From the NCBI GenBank assembly GCA_017853835.1, contig JAFMIU010000006.1:340-64339 (forward strand): a stretch of 64,000 bases of DNA, read 5' to 3'. The stretch's first letter is position 1. Every line of letters starts with the position of its first letter. The position numbers and the translations under genes were made by a program. Shown piece by piece: positions 42,739-52,410 of this stretch. The notes below the pieces were generated by a model. The model worked only from the letters and a program-made list of their open reading frames with translations. It ran no database searches and had not been told where the DNA came from. The DNA comes from Pirellulales bacterium (GTDB taxonomy: Bacteria > Planctomycetota > Planctomycetia > Pirellulales > UBA1268).

Positions 42739-43481
42739 ATCTCGTGATCCGCGATCTCGTGCAGCGGTTTCCCGATCCAAACGGACGGGGGTGGGCCACC
42801 GTGCTCGATGCCCTCTCCTTGACGACGGGCACCATCCAATCGCTCGTGCTCGTCGGCCCTTCCGGGGGCGGCAAATCAACGCTGCTGAGAATCCTCGCCG
42901 GTCTCGACGTGCCCACGGCGGGAACGGTCACGTTCGACGGTGCCATGCTCCCGCGAGACGAGGCGTCGCTCGTCGGCTATCGCCGCACGGTCGGCACGGT
43001 GTTTCAGGCCTACAATCTCTTCCCCCACCTCACGGCGATGCAGAATCTCCTGCTTCCTCTCGTGCAGGTTCATGGGCTCACGGAGGCGGCCGCTCGGGAG
43101 CGGCTTCGCGACCCGCTCCATCGCTTCGGCCTGGCATCCCACGCCGAGAAACGGCCGGCAGAACTCTCGGGCGGTCAGAAGCAGCGGATCGCCATCCTCC
43201 GGGCCCTCTCCGTGCAGCCGCAGCGGCTGTTTCTCGATGAACCCACCTCCGCACTCGATCCCGAGATGTCGGGTGAGGTGCTCGACATGATCGGCGAGTT
43301 GAAGGCGGGAGGAACCCAGTTCGTGCTCGTCACGCACGAGATGGGGTTTGCCCGGCGGGTCGCCGACGAGATCGCCTTCATCGCCGAGGGCACGGTGACG
43401 ACCCACGGCCCCACGGCCGACTTCTTCGCCACACGTTCTCCGAGGGTGGCGGCCTTTCTCGAACGCACGCTTCACGCATGA
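42735..43481 (+). CDS. ABC transporter ATP-binding protein
   Basis: Walker A GPSGGGKST, signature LSGGQKQR, Walker B LFLDEPTSALD. ATGA overlap with the permease. Confidence 0.88.
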   Translation: MNLVIRDLVQRFPDPNGRGWATVLDALSLTTGTIQSLVLVGPSGGGKSTLLRILAGLDVPTAGTVTFDGAMLPRDEASLVGYRRTVGTVFQAYNLFPHLTAMQNLLLPLVQVHGLTEAAARERLRDPLHRFGLASHAEKRPAELSGGQKQRIAILRALSVQPQRLFLDEPTSALDPEMSGEVLDMIGELKAGGTQFVLVTHEMGFARRVADEIAFIAEGTVTTHGPTADFFATRSPRVAAFLERTLHA

Positions 43482-44506
43482 CCATCTCCGACACACCGCT
43501 CGACCCCGCCCGCGCCGCGCTTCTCGGCAGCCTGATCGCCGATGCCGTGGCGATGCCGGTGCACTGGTACTACGACCGCGCCGCCCTCGATCGCGACTAC
43601 GGCGTGATCGAAGGCTATCTCGCGCCGCGCTCCCCTCATCCCGACAGCATCCTGTGGCGTTCGTCGTGGACGCCCCCGAGCCCGAAGTTCGACATCCTCC
43701 GCGACCAGGCCGCCTTCTGGGGAAAGCGAGGCGTGCACTACCACCAGTTTCTCGCTGCCGGCGAGAACACGCTCAACTTCCGCCTCGCGACGGAACTCTT
43801 CCGGATGGTTCACCGGGAACGCGACTACGATCCCGAGCGATGGCTCGATCGCTATGTGGCGCTCATGCTCGAGCCCGGATGGCATCGCGACACCTATCTG
43901 GAGGAGTATCACCGCCACTTCTTCACCAATCACGGCGCAGGCCGAAAGCCGATCAACTGCGGCGTGCGCGACGTGCACATCGGGGGCCTCGTGCCGGTGC
44001 CTGCGCTCGTGGCGGCCCTCGGCCCGCGACACCACGACCTTCGCAGGATCGTCCGGCTCCATGTCGGCCTCACGCACAAAGACGACGAGGTTCTGGCGGC
44101 GGCCGACACGCTGGTGCGCATCCTCGCCGATGCCATCCCCAGGCCGGAGGCCCCTCCCCGCTCGGCGGACGCGTCGGCCAACGCGCTGCGCGAGGCGATT
44201 CTCGATCACGGTCGCGACTGGGTTTCGGGGTCCAAGCTCGCGGCCTGGGAGCGACTCGACGACCGCCAGCTGGTTGGAGGAACGCTGTCGAGCGCCTGCT
44301 ATATCGAAGACGCCTTTCCGGCGGCCCTGGCACTCGCCTGGCGGCACGCCGGCGACTTCCCCGGTGGGGTCCTCGCCAACGCCCGGTGCGGCGGCGACAA
44401 CTGCCACCGGGGTGCGGTGGTGGGAAGCCTGCTGGGCGCCACTGCCGCAATCCCGTCGGGGCTGGTGGCGGGCCTCGTATCAGCGGCTACAGTGACAGAA
44501 CAGTAA
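43478..44506 (+). CDS. ADP-ribosylglycohydrolase-family protein
   Basis: GSLIADAVAMPVHWYY N-terminal motif and C-terminal GGDNCHRGAVVGSLLGA resemble the ARH fold. ATGA overlap with the ABC ATPase. 12 nt before ovoA. Confidence 0.55.
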   Translation: MTISDTPLDPARAALLGSLIADAVAMPVHWYYDRAALDRDYGVIEGYLAPRSPHPDSILWRSSWTPPSPKFDILRDQAAFWGKRGVHYHQFLAAGENTLNFRLATELFRMVHRERDYDPERWLDRYVALMLEPGWHRDTYLEEYHRHFFTNHGAGRKPINCGVRDVHIGGLVPVPALVAALGPRHHDLRRIVRLHVGLTHKDDEVLAAADTLVRILADAIPRPEAPPRSADASANALREAILDHGRDWVSGSKLAAWERLDDRQLVGGTLSSACYIEDAFPAALALAWRHAGDFPGGVLANARCGGDNCHRGAVVGSLLGATAAIPSGLVAGLVSAATVTEQ

Positions 44507-44518
44507 GGTAGATTTTGC

Positions 44519-46804
44519 ATGACGACACGGCCGCAGGGGGCATCGATGGTTCCGCCAAGCACGACATCCGCACGACCGCCGAAATCCGACCGGGGCTGGG
44601 CCGCGTTGGCGACGCCCCTCGCCCCGACCCGCACGACGCTGCTCGACGCCGATCCCGCGGCCGCCGATCCCGTGACCGCCAAACGCGAGGAGATCCGTCG
44701 GTATTTCCACCAGACCTGCGAGATCTACGACCGCCTCTTTTCGCTCATTCGCAATGATGCTGCCTATTACGAGCGGCACGAGCCGCTCCGGCATCCGCTG
44801 ATCTTCTATTTCGCCCATCCGGCGGTCTTCTACCTCAACAAGCTCACGGCGGGACGCCTCCTGCCCGGCCGGCTCGACGCGAAGCTCGAGGCGATGATGG
44901 CGGTCGGGGTCGATGAGATGTCGTGGGACGATCTCAACACAGCCCACTACGACTGGCCGTCCGTGGCCGCGGTGCGCGGCTATCGGGCTCGGATGCGAGA
45001 GTCGGTCGACCGCTTCATTTCGGAGATGCCGCTCGAACTCCCGATCCGCTGGAACTCGCCGGCATGGCTGATCCTGATGGGCATCGAGCATGAGCGGATC
45101 CATCTCGAAACGTCGAGTGTGATCATGCGGCAGATGCCGCTTGCCGACCTTCACCGCGAGGCCGACCTGTCGCCCGACGACCGACGGCTCTGGCACACCT
45201 GCACAACCTCCGGGCCCGCCCCGGCCAACGCCTGGCTCCCGGTCGCGGCCACCCGGGTGCGGCTCGGCAAGCCTGACACCGACCGCACCTATGGCTGGGA
45301 CAACGAATACGGCACGGAAGCCATCGACCTGCCCGCCTTCCGCGCCTCTCGGCAGCTCATCTCCAACGCCGAGTTCCTGGAGTTCGTGGCCGATGGCGGC
45401 TATCGCGATCCGACGTGGTGGACCGAGGAGGGCCGAGGCTGGCTCGACTACACCCGCGCCGAGCACCCGAAGTTTTGGGTGGCGGTCGACGGCGGCTATC
45501 GGCAGCGAAACCTGCTCGACGAAATACCGTTGCCATTGAACTGGCCCGTGGAGGTCAACTGTCTCGAGGCACAGGCCTACTGCGCCTGGCTCGCCGCCAC
45601 CACCGGCGAAAACGTGCTGCTCCCCACCGAGGCCCACTGGAAGGCCCTCCGCGACACGGTGCCGGGCGACCAGCCGTCGTGGACCGTCGCTCCGGGCAAC
45701 ATCAACCTCGAGCATTTCGCGTCGAGTTGTCCGGTCGACGCGTTTCCCCAAGGCGATTTCTTCGACATCGTCGGCAACGTGTGGCAGTGGACGCGCACGC
45801 CGATCATGCCGTTCCACGGCTTCGAGGTGCACCCGCTCTACGATGACTTTTCGGTGCCGACCTTCGACGGCCGCCACAACCTCATCAAGGGAGGCTCCTG
45901 GATCTCGACGGGCAACGAGGCTCTGGCCAACGCCCGCTACGCCTTCCGCCGGCACTTCTTCCAGCACGCCGGCTTCCGCACCATCGTGGAGGAACGGGGC
46001 AGCGAGGCCGTCACCGCCGGTTCGCGGCTCTATGAAACCGATCAGCTCGTCACGCAGTATCTGGAGTTTCACTACTTCGATGCGGCGGCCGTCGCGGCCG
46101 ATCCTCCTTTCGGCGTGCCCAACTTCCCCAAGGCCTGCGTCGAGGCGACGATGCCTCACGTACCTGCCTCCCGACGCACGCGATGCCTCGACATCGGCTG
46201 CTCGGTGGGCCGATCGACGCTCGAGTTCGCTCGGCACTTCGACCACGTCGATGGCGTCGATTTCTCGGCGCGGTTCATCCAATCGGGTGTGCGGCTGCAG
46301 GATGGAGGTGAGGTGCACTATGAGATCCCGACCGAGGGCGAGCTGACAATCACACGAGCCATCTCACTCGATCGGATCGGACTGGCCGATGTCGGGAGTC
46401 GCGTGCTCTTCACCCAGGGAGACGCCTGCAACCTCAAGGCCATCTACACCGATTACGACCTCATCTTCGCGGGCAACCTGATCGACCGGGTGTACGACCC
46501 GCGGCTGTTCCTCGATGGCATCACGCCTCGCATCCGCCCGGATGGCCTGCTCGTGATCACGTCGCCCTACACGTGGCTGGAGGAGTACACCGAGAAGGCG
46601 AAGTGGCTCGGAGGGAAACGCACGGCGGGCGAGCCGCTCTCCACGTTCGACGGCCTGTCGGAGGCCCTTGCCGGATGCTTCACGCTCGTGCATCGCCAGG
46701 ACATCCCGTTCGTGATCCGCGAGACGGCGCGAAAGCACCAGCACTCCCTCGCCGAGATGACCATCTGGCGTCGAACGTCCGGTGATTCTGCTAGGCTCGC
46801 CTGA
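44519..46804 (+). CDS. ovoA: 5-histidylcysteine sulfoxide synthase / methyltransferase (ovothiol biosynthesis, OvoA)
   Basis: Three-part architecture. DinB-like N-domain with iron motif IEHERIHLE (HxxxHxE). FGE-sulfatase domain (GNVWQWT, GGSWIS). C-terminal SAM methyltransferase (CLDIGCSVGRSTLEFA). 761 aa. Confidence 0.82.
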   Translation: MTTRPQGASMVPPSTTSARPPKSDRGWAALATPLAPTRTTLLDADPAAADPVTAKREEIRRYFHQTCEIYDRLFSLIRNDAAYYERHEPLRHPLIFYFAHPAVFYLNKLTAGRLLPGRLDAKLEAMMAVGVDEMSWDDLNTAHYDWPSVAAVRGYRARMRESVDRFISEMPLELPIRWNSPAWLILMGIEHERIHLETSSVIMRQMPLADLHREADLSPDDRRLWHTCTTSGPAPANAWLPVAATRVRLGKPDTDRTYGWDNEYGTEAIDLPAFRASRQLISNAEFLEFVADGGYRDPTWWTEEGRGWLDYTRAEHPKFWVAVDGGYRQRNLLDEIPLPLNWPVEVNCLEAQAYCAWLAATTGENVLLPTEAHWKALRDTVPGDQPSWTVAPGNINLEHFASSCPVDAFPQGDFFDIVGNVWQWTRTPIMPFHGFEVHPLYDDFSVPTFDGRHNLIKGGSWISTGNEALANARYAFRRHFFQHAGFRTIVEERGSEAVTAGSRLYETDQLVTQYLEFHYFDAAAVAADPPFGVPNFPKACVEATMPHVPASRRTRCLDIGCSVGRSTLEFARHFDHVDGVDFSARFIQSGVRLQDGGEVHYEIPTEGELTITRAISLDRIGLADVGSRVLFTQGDACNLKAIYTDYDLIFAGNLIDRVYDPRLFLDGITPRIRPDGLLVITSPYTWLEEYTEKAKWLGGKRTAGEPLSTFDGLSEALAGCFTLVHRQDIPFVIRETARKHQHSLAEMTIWRRTSGDSARLA

Positions 46805-46857
46805 CTGCCGGCGGCCGCCTCTGCCACCGGCCCTCACGGCTGCATGAACCGACCGCC

Positions 46858-47799
46858 ATGGACACCTCCTCACCCCCACCGGTGATCGTGACCGGTCGTC
46901 GGCCGCCGCGGCGGCGGCGGTCCGGCGGCGCGGCGAGCATCGTCGTGTCGCTCGTGATCGCGGCAGCCGCCATCGGCCTGGCCGCGGTGGCCTGGCCGGT
47001 CCTGCACGCCACGTCGGGCGGCCCGAAGCCCGCCATTCAAACGGCGGCATCCGGGGTCGCCGCTGACGCGACAAAACCCTCGCCGAAGCAACCTCCAAAG
47101 CCCCGTCCCGTTCCGCAGGTTCCCCGCGGCGAGTCGCCCGCCTCTGGCACGCCACGCCCCGAGCCTGCGCCCCCTGAGTCGCCATCACGCCCGACGCCGT
47201 CGCCCCCTTCGGTTCCATCCGCCGCCACCGACGTCGCGCCGGCCGTGCCACGTGGTGATGCGGCGGCGGTGACCGCAGCCCTCGCGAAAACGCTGGAGTC
47301 GCTGCGGAAGGGCGACGATGCCGGGGCGTCGAAGGCCCTGGCTGCCGCGAGGCAGGCCGCCGACCACGATCCCGACCTCTCGCTGCGGCTCGAACGATGG
47401 GGCCTCCTTGTCGACTATGCCCGCCAGTTGGCTGACCAGAAGTCGCGCGCCCTTGCCGCGGCGAATGCCGGCCGCGAGTACGAAGTCGGCGACCGGGTGA
47501 TCGCGATCATCGAGATCACCGACGAGACCTATGCCTACAAAGACAAAGGACGCATCCAGCGCGGTCATCGTTCGGAGCTTCCCCGAGCCATCGACGAGGC
47601 CATCCTGGCCACCTGGTTCGCTGGGTCGCCTCGGGCAGCCAACCACATCCTTCTCGGCGTGCATCGGCTCCTCGATCCCAACGCCACGCTGACCGACGTG
47701 CGACGGGAATGGGACGTCGCACGCGCCGGCGAGCCCGATGCCGTCGCATCGATCCTGCCGCTCCTCGACGATGAAGCCCTCCGGGCCGCCGTTCACTGA
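46858..47799 (+). CDS. Hypothetical membrane-anchored protein with Pro-rich linker
   Basis: Arg-rich N-terminus, TM segment IVVSLVIAAAAIGLAAVAW, P/S/A-rich linker, ~150-aa C-terminal domain with no recognised motif. Confidence 0.5.
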   Translation: MDTSSPPPVIVTGRRPPRRRRSGGAASIVVSLVIAAAAIGLAAVAWPVLHATSGGPKPAIQTAASGVAADATKPSPKQPPKPRPVPQVPRGESPASGTPRPEPAPPESPSRPTPSPPSVPSAATDVAPAVPRGDAAAVTAALAKTLESLRKGDDAGASKALAAARQAADHDPDLSLRLERWGLLVDYARQLADQKSRALAAANAGREYEVGDRVIAIIEITDETYAYKDKGRIQRGHRSELPRAIDEAILATWFAGSPRAANHILLGVHRLLDPNATLTDVRREWDVARAGEPDAVASILPLLDDEALRAAVH

Positions 47800-47818
47800 C
47801 GCCGAACCGCGAAGTGAA

Positions 47819-49030
47819 TCACATGTGACGCTGGAGAATCCCCAGGAGCGTCGGTGGATCGAGCGGCACGGGGTTCCCACGCAGGCTGGCCCCGCCCGAG
47901 TTCTCCGCGAGCCAACCGATTCGACCGCGGGACAGCCCCACGTCCGAAAGACGCCGGGGCGTCTCGGCGACGCGACAGAGAGACTCCACCCGCGTGACAA
48001 ACGCATCCGCCGCCACGTCTCCATCCTGCGAGGCCGCTGGATCGACCGCCCGTTCGAGCAGGGCGTAGTCGTCACGACAGGCTTCACGGTTCACCGCAAG
48101 GGCCACCGGGAGCATCAGCGCACAGGCGAGGCCGTGAGGCGTGCCACATTCGATGCCGAGGGCCGCCGCGACGCCATGGGCCATGCCCAGGCCGGAGTTC
48201 GCCAGCGCGAGTCCCGACACGAAGGCGGCGTGGCTCATCGCCGATCGGGCGTCGAGGTCGTCGGGATGGGCCAACACCCTCGGCAGGGCGGCTATCGCCC
48301 TCGGAAGCGCCTCGAGCACCAGCGCCCGAGGGATCGCGGCACCGAACCGGCACACGAACGATTCAATGAGCTGCGTGATCGCATCGAGCCCGGCGGCAGC
48401 GGTGACATGGCGCGGGCACGACACCGTCAGCGCCGGATCGATGATGACGCCCCGAGGCACCATCAGGGGGCTCCGCATGCTCTTCTTCAATCGCCTCTCC
48501 GGGCAGGAAATCACGGCGTTTCGTGTCGCCTCGGCCCCCGTGCCCGCCGTGGTCGGTATCGCCACCACCGGGAGCGGCGGCTTCACGATCGAGAGGTTGC
48601 GGCCGACCCCCTCGAGGTGATCGATCACGTCGGCTTCGTCTGCGGTGGCGGGACGGGCGAGATTGGTCGCGAGGGCCGCGATCGCCTTGCCGAGGTCGAT
48701 CGCCGCCCCTCCGCCGATCGCCACGATCACCGGCGAGCGGTGGGTTCGACTCGGCAGGCCACGCAGGCCGCGAACGACATCCGCCACCGTTGGCTCGCCC
48801 TGCGAGGTGGCCACGCGATGAACGGTGACGTCCGCCTGGTTCAAGAGGCCGGTCACGGAGGCGAGCCCACCGCAGGCCCGGAGGCCGGAGGCACTCGTCA
48901 CCAGCCAGGCCTCGGACCCGAACCGAGCGACCAGGCTTCCGAGCTCGACAAGCCTTCCGGCACCAAACGCCACGGCGGAAGGGCTCACGAAGTCGTAGCG
49001 ATCGAAGGCGTTTGGGGCGGTGGTGCTCAT
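47819..49030 (-). CDS. Iron-containing (group III) alcohol dehydrogenase
   Basis: VIVAIGGGAAIDLGKAIA, PVVAIPTTAGTGAE, GLGMAHGVAAALG. Confidence 0.8.
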   Translation of the reverse strand: MSTTAPNAFDRYDFVSPSAVAFGAGRLVELGSLVARFGSEAWLVTSASGLRACGGLASVTGLLNQADVTVHRVATSQGEPTVADVVRGLRGLPSRTHRSPVIVAIGGGAAIDLGKAIAALATNLARPATADEADVIDHLEGVGRNLSIVKPPLPVVAIPTTAGTGAEATRNAVISCPERRLKKSMRSPLMVPRGVIIDPALTVSCPRHVTAAAGLDAITQLIESFVCRFGAAIPRALVLEALPRAIAALPRVLAHPDDLDARSAMSHAAFVSGLALANSGLGMAHGVAAALGIECGTPHGLACALMLPVALAVNREACRDDYALLERAVDPAASQDGDVAADAFVTRVESLCRVAETPRRLSDVGLSRGRIGWLAENSGGASLRGNPVPLDPPTLLGILQRHM

Positions 49031-49146
49031 CGGTGGAGTGCGGGATTCGCGCGACGGGATTGGACCACGGACGACGGCTGGCCTAGGCTTGGCGTCCCGT
49101 CGCCAGTGTTTCCCGCCGCGACGCCTTCCGCAACCGCGGCCATCCC

Positions 49147-50469
49147 ATGCACGACCCCCTTCCGATTCCCCAGCATCCTGGCCCCATCGACGGCCGCATC
49201 CGCCCGCCCGGCTCCAAGAGCATCACGAACCGGGCGCTCGTGTGCGCGGCGCTCGCCCGCGGGGAGAGCCGACTGACGGGTGTTCTCGACAGCCAGGACA
49301 CCCGGGTGATGGTGGATGGCCTCGGCCGGCTCGGCATCGGTGTGGAGGTCGACTGGGAGCGTGGCGAAGCTCGTGTGCGCGGTTCTTCGGGAGCGATCCC
49401 CGCCGAGGCCGCCACCCTCGACTGCGCCGCCAGTGGAACCACGATGCGGTTTCTCGCGGCGGTGTGCGCGCTCGGACACGGCACCTATCGCCTCGACGGC
49501 ACCGCTCGGATGCGTCAGCGGCCCATCGGCGATCTGCTGGCCGCCCTTCGCGAACTCGGCATCGACGCCGTGGCGGAAAGTCCGGGCGACTGCCCGCCGG
49601 TGACGATCCGCTCCAGAGGGCTGCCGGGGGGCACCGCTGCGGTGCGCGGCAGCACGTCGAGCCAGTTCGCGAGTGGCCTTGCCCTTGCAGCCCCATGCAC
49701 GGCCAACGGTATGACGCTCGAGTTCACCGGCACGCTCGTGTCGCTGCCCTACCTCGACATGACCCGTCGCGTCATGGCCAGTTTCGGAGGGCGCTGCGAT
49801 GCCACGAGCCATGACCGTTGGCTGATCCATTCGGGCGGCTACGAGGCCCGTGACTACGAGATCGAGCCTGATGCGTCGGCGGCAAGCTACTTCGCAGCCG
49901 CCGCGGCGATCACCGGCGGTGCCGTTCGGATCGACGGGCTCTCCCGCCGCAGCATGCAGGGCGATGTCGGTTTCTGTGACGCGCTCGAGCAGATGGGCTG
50001 CACCGTTTCCTGGGACGAGGGGGATGCCGACGGTCGTGGCAACGGCGTCACCGTCGCCGGACGGGCGGCCCGCGGCATCGACATCGACATGAACGCGATC
50101 AGCGACACCGTTCCCACGCTCGCAGTCGTGGCGCTGTTCGCGTCATCGCCCACCACCATCCGAAACGTGGCCCACATCCGCGACAAGGAGACCGACCGCA
50201 TCGGCGACCTCGTCACGGAACTCCGCCGCCTGGGGGGGCGTGTCGACGAACATCCCGACGGACTGGTGATCACCCCGGTGCCACTGTCCGGAGCGAGCGT
50301 CAGGACCTACGACGACCACCGGATGGCCATGAGCCTGTCACTCGCCGGCCTGGTCGTGCCCGGCGTGTCGATCCGCGATCCCGGGTGCGTTGGCAAGACG
50401 TTCCCCGGCTATTGGCGACACCTCGGTGAGCTCGCCGGATTCGGCGCAACCTGGCCGACGTCGACGTGA
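49147..50469 (+). CDS. aroA: 3-phosphoshikimate 1-carboxyvinyltransferase (EPSP synthase)
   Basis: RPPGSKSITNRALV, GTTMRFL, RMRQRPIGDL, KETDRI, DHRMAMS. Confidence 0.9.
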   Translation: MHDPLPIPQHPGPIDGRIRPPGSKSITNRALVCAALARGESRLTGVLDSQDTRVMVDGLGRLGIGVEVDWERGEARVRGSSGAIPAEAATLDCAASGTTMRFLAAVCALGHGTYRLDGTARMRQRPIGDLLAALRELGIDAVAESPGDCPPVTIRSRGLPGGTAAVRGSTSSQFASGLALAAPCTANGMTLEFTGTLVSLPYLDMTRRVMASFGGRCDATSHDRWLIHSGGYEARDYEIEPDASAASYFAAAAAITGGAVRIDGLSRRSMQGDVGFCDALEQMGCTVSWDEGDADGRGNGVTVAGRAARGIDIDMNAISDTVPTLAVVALFASSPTTIRNVAHIRDKETDRIGDLVTELRRLGGRVDEHPDGLVITPVPLSGASVRTYDDHRMAMSLSLAGLVVPGVSIRDPGCVGKTFPGYWRHLGELAGFGATWPTST

Positions 50470-50855
50470 TGGCGGGGCCGAGTCGGCCCGAATGACCATA
50501 CGTTTCCTGATCGAGCAGCCCAGGCTGTATCGGGGAAAACGAGTGTCCATCCGCCAGAACACCCTTGTTTCTGGCTGAATCGCACGACTCCCGGAATTGA
50601 TCCCGGCTGCGCGCGAAAGGTTCGATGAGCCCGGACACGCGTGCGGACGACTCGTCTTCATGCGTGTTCCGGGATCGCATGCCCGGAAGACGAGTTGCTG
50701 GGGCCTTCGGCTCTTTCCGAAGCCCCGGTGCAGCGTAGGCCGAATCGGCTGACCGTCGCGCGACGGTCATGCCTTCGTCGCTGCACCGACACCCATGTCG
50801 GTGTCCATCCACGGAACGGAATCCTCTTGTTCCCTGTGTTCGTGGAGGTCATTCC

Positions 50856-51677
50856 ATGGTCAAGGTAAGTTCATGCGCCCGACTGATCGTCGGGCTTGTT
50901 GTCGGTGTATTCGTCGTGCCCTCGTTCGGGAGTCCGATCGTGTATACCGGAACAGGCACCTCGTCGCTGGGGCATCCGGTCGTGTTTTCGGCCGAGTTCG
51001 TCTTCAACGACGATTTGTTGACGCTGACGTTGTCGAACGAATCGCCGTTCGACACGACGGACGCGGCGGACACGCTGTCGAGTGTCTACTTCGACATTCT
51101 CAGCGGGTCGACGCGGCCGGCGCTCTCCTACGAGGGAGGATCGGGTTTCGTGTACCAGGTGTGGAAGAACGCGGCGGATACGTGCTACTACTACACGCCG
51201 CAGATGTTTTTGCCGGACTGTGATATCCCCAGCGATCTGGGGGCCTTTGCGGACGGTGACGCCACCTGGCAGTTTCGGGTGATGAATTCGGGCACGGCAC
51301 CGATGCTCGGATTCGGGATCGGCACGGTGGGCAACAGCATGCTGTCGCCCAACGGGTTCAATCCGGCGATCGTGGGCCCACCGGGCACTGGGATGATCAA
51401 CTTCGCGATCTATCGCGGGGGGGACATTCAGCCCAACGGGATTCTCAATGGCCGGTTTCTGGTGAAGAACACGGCCACGTTCACGTTTACCGGCGTGACG
51501 GGCTTCGGCGAGGAAGCTCTCGTGGACAAGGTCGTGTTTGGCCTTGGCACCGGGCCAGATTCCACGGTGACGGTGTCGCTGCCCGAGCCTCCACTCGCCG
51601 GCATGGCGGTGGCAAGCCTCGGTAGTTGCGGGATGCTGCTGCGGCGGCGCGGTCTGTCGGCCGTCCGCGACCTCTAG
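50856..51677 (+). CDS. PEP-CTERM-anchored secreted protein
   Basis: GGAGG SD 7 nt upstream. Signal peptide LIVGLVVGVFVVPSFG. C-terminal LPEPPLAGMAVASLGSCGMLLRRRG. Confidence 0.65.
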   Translation: MVKVSSCARLIVGLVVGVFVVPSFGSPIVYTGTGTSSLGHPVVFSAEFVFNDDLLTLTLSNESPFDTTDAADTLSSVYFDILSGSTRPALSYEGGSGFVYQVWKNAADTCYYYTPQMFLPDCDIPSDLGAFADGDATWQFRVMNSGTAPMLGFGIGTVGNSMLSPNGFNPAIVGPPGTGMINFAIYRGGDIQPNGILNGRFLVKNTATFTFTGVTGFGEEALVDKVVFGLGTGPDSTVTVSLPEPPLAGMAVASLGSCGMLLRRRGLSAVRDL

Positions 51678-51971
51678 GTCGCGGCGTCGGGCGTGCCCTC
51701 CGCCACCTGCATGGTGGTGGAGGGCCGCCCCTTCGCGCGTGGTGGCTGGGTCTCGGGCTCCCCAGGCGTGACCCCCGACGAGTGACGCCAACGCGCCACG
51801 TGGCCTGGTGACGTCGGGGAACCGATTCGATCTGTCGACGATCCAATCGAGGAGCGAATGACCTCATGGGAAAGCCCTCCGTGGCTTTTCCGCATGGTCA
51901 ACCGTGGGGCAGGTAGAAGTCCCACGGAAAAGAGGGCCGCATGCTGCGGCGAGAGTCGGTAGCCCTATCGG

Positions 51972-52301
51972 CTATCGCTGCCCAAGGACCGACACCGGAG
52001 TGGCAGCCGTGTGGCTGGCCACCTGTTCCACCGGCAACGAGGGCGTCGCCGCCGCGACCGTGCAGCAGCTTCGCACCACAACTTCCTCGATCACCACGCC
52101 ACAGCACGACGAGCAGCAGCTCGTTGAACACGGCGACGGGCAGGCGACCGTGCAGCAGCACGGGTCGCAGCACGTCGTGCAGCAACAGCAGGCCGAGCGA
52201 CGGGCCCGGCGTCCGTGTGCTGCCTCGGCATCGAGGCTCGTGGTGGCCACAACAGCGATCATTGCAAGCCCTACGAACATTCGGCAAACATTCTTTGACA
52301 T
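51972..52301 (-). CDS. Secreted cysteine-rich mini-protein (109 aa, 18 Cys, runs of CC/CCC/CCCC)
   Basis: GGGAGA lies 7 nt upstream of the ATG. Signal peptide MSKNVCRMFVGLAMIAVVATTSLDAEA. Core SACCCCTTCCDPCCCTVACPSPCSTSCCSSCCG...RSCC. Third codon positions are mostly G/C in this frame. Confidence 0.5.
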   Translation of the reverse strand: MSKNVCRMFVGLAMIAVVATTSLDAEAAHGRRARRSACCCCTTCCDPCCCTVACPSPCSTSCCSSCCGVVIEEVVVRSCCTVAAATPSLPVEQVASHTAATPVSVLGQR

Positions 52302-52410
52302 CGTTCATTCTCCCGAGATGACATCCCTGCTGCACCGGTTCCGCCACCGTGACGGGACCGGGTCCAGTGGATGGGAAGAGGCGTCCATGCCCTGGCGACG
52401 CCCGTTGGCG

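Noticed and set aside
50619-50626. tRNA-like T-loop (GGTTCGAT) in the aroA downstream spacer.
   Set aside because: The flanking bases do not form a T-stem or an acceptor stem. No cloverleaf could be built by hand.
50469-50856. Known riboswitch (for example c-di-GMP) in the hairpin-rich leader of the PEP-CTERM gene.
   Set aside because: I could not find the conserved GEMM-type core sequences or any other riboswitch consensus I know by eye. It needs an Infernal/Rfam scan, so it is reported only as an unexplained hairpin cluster.
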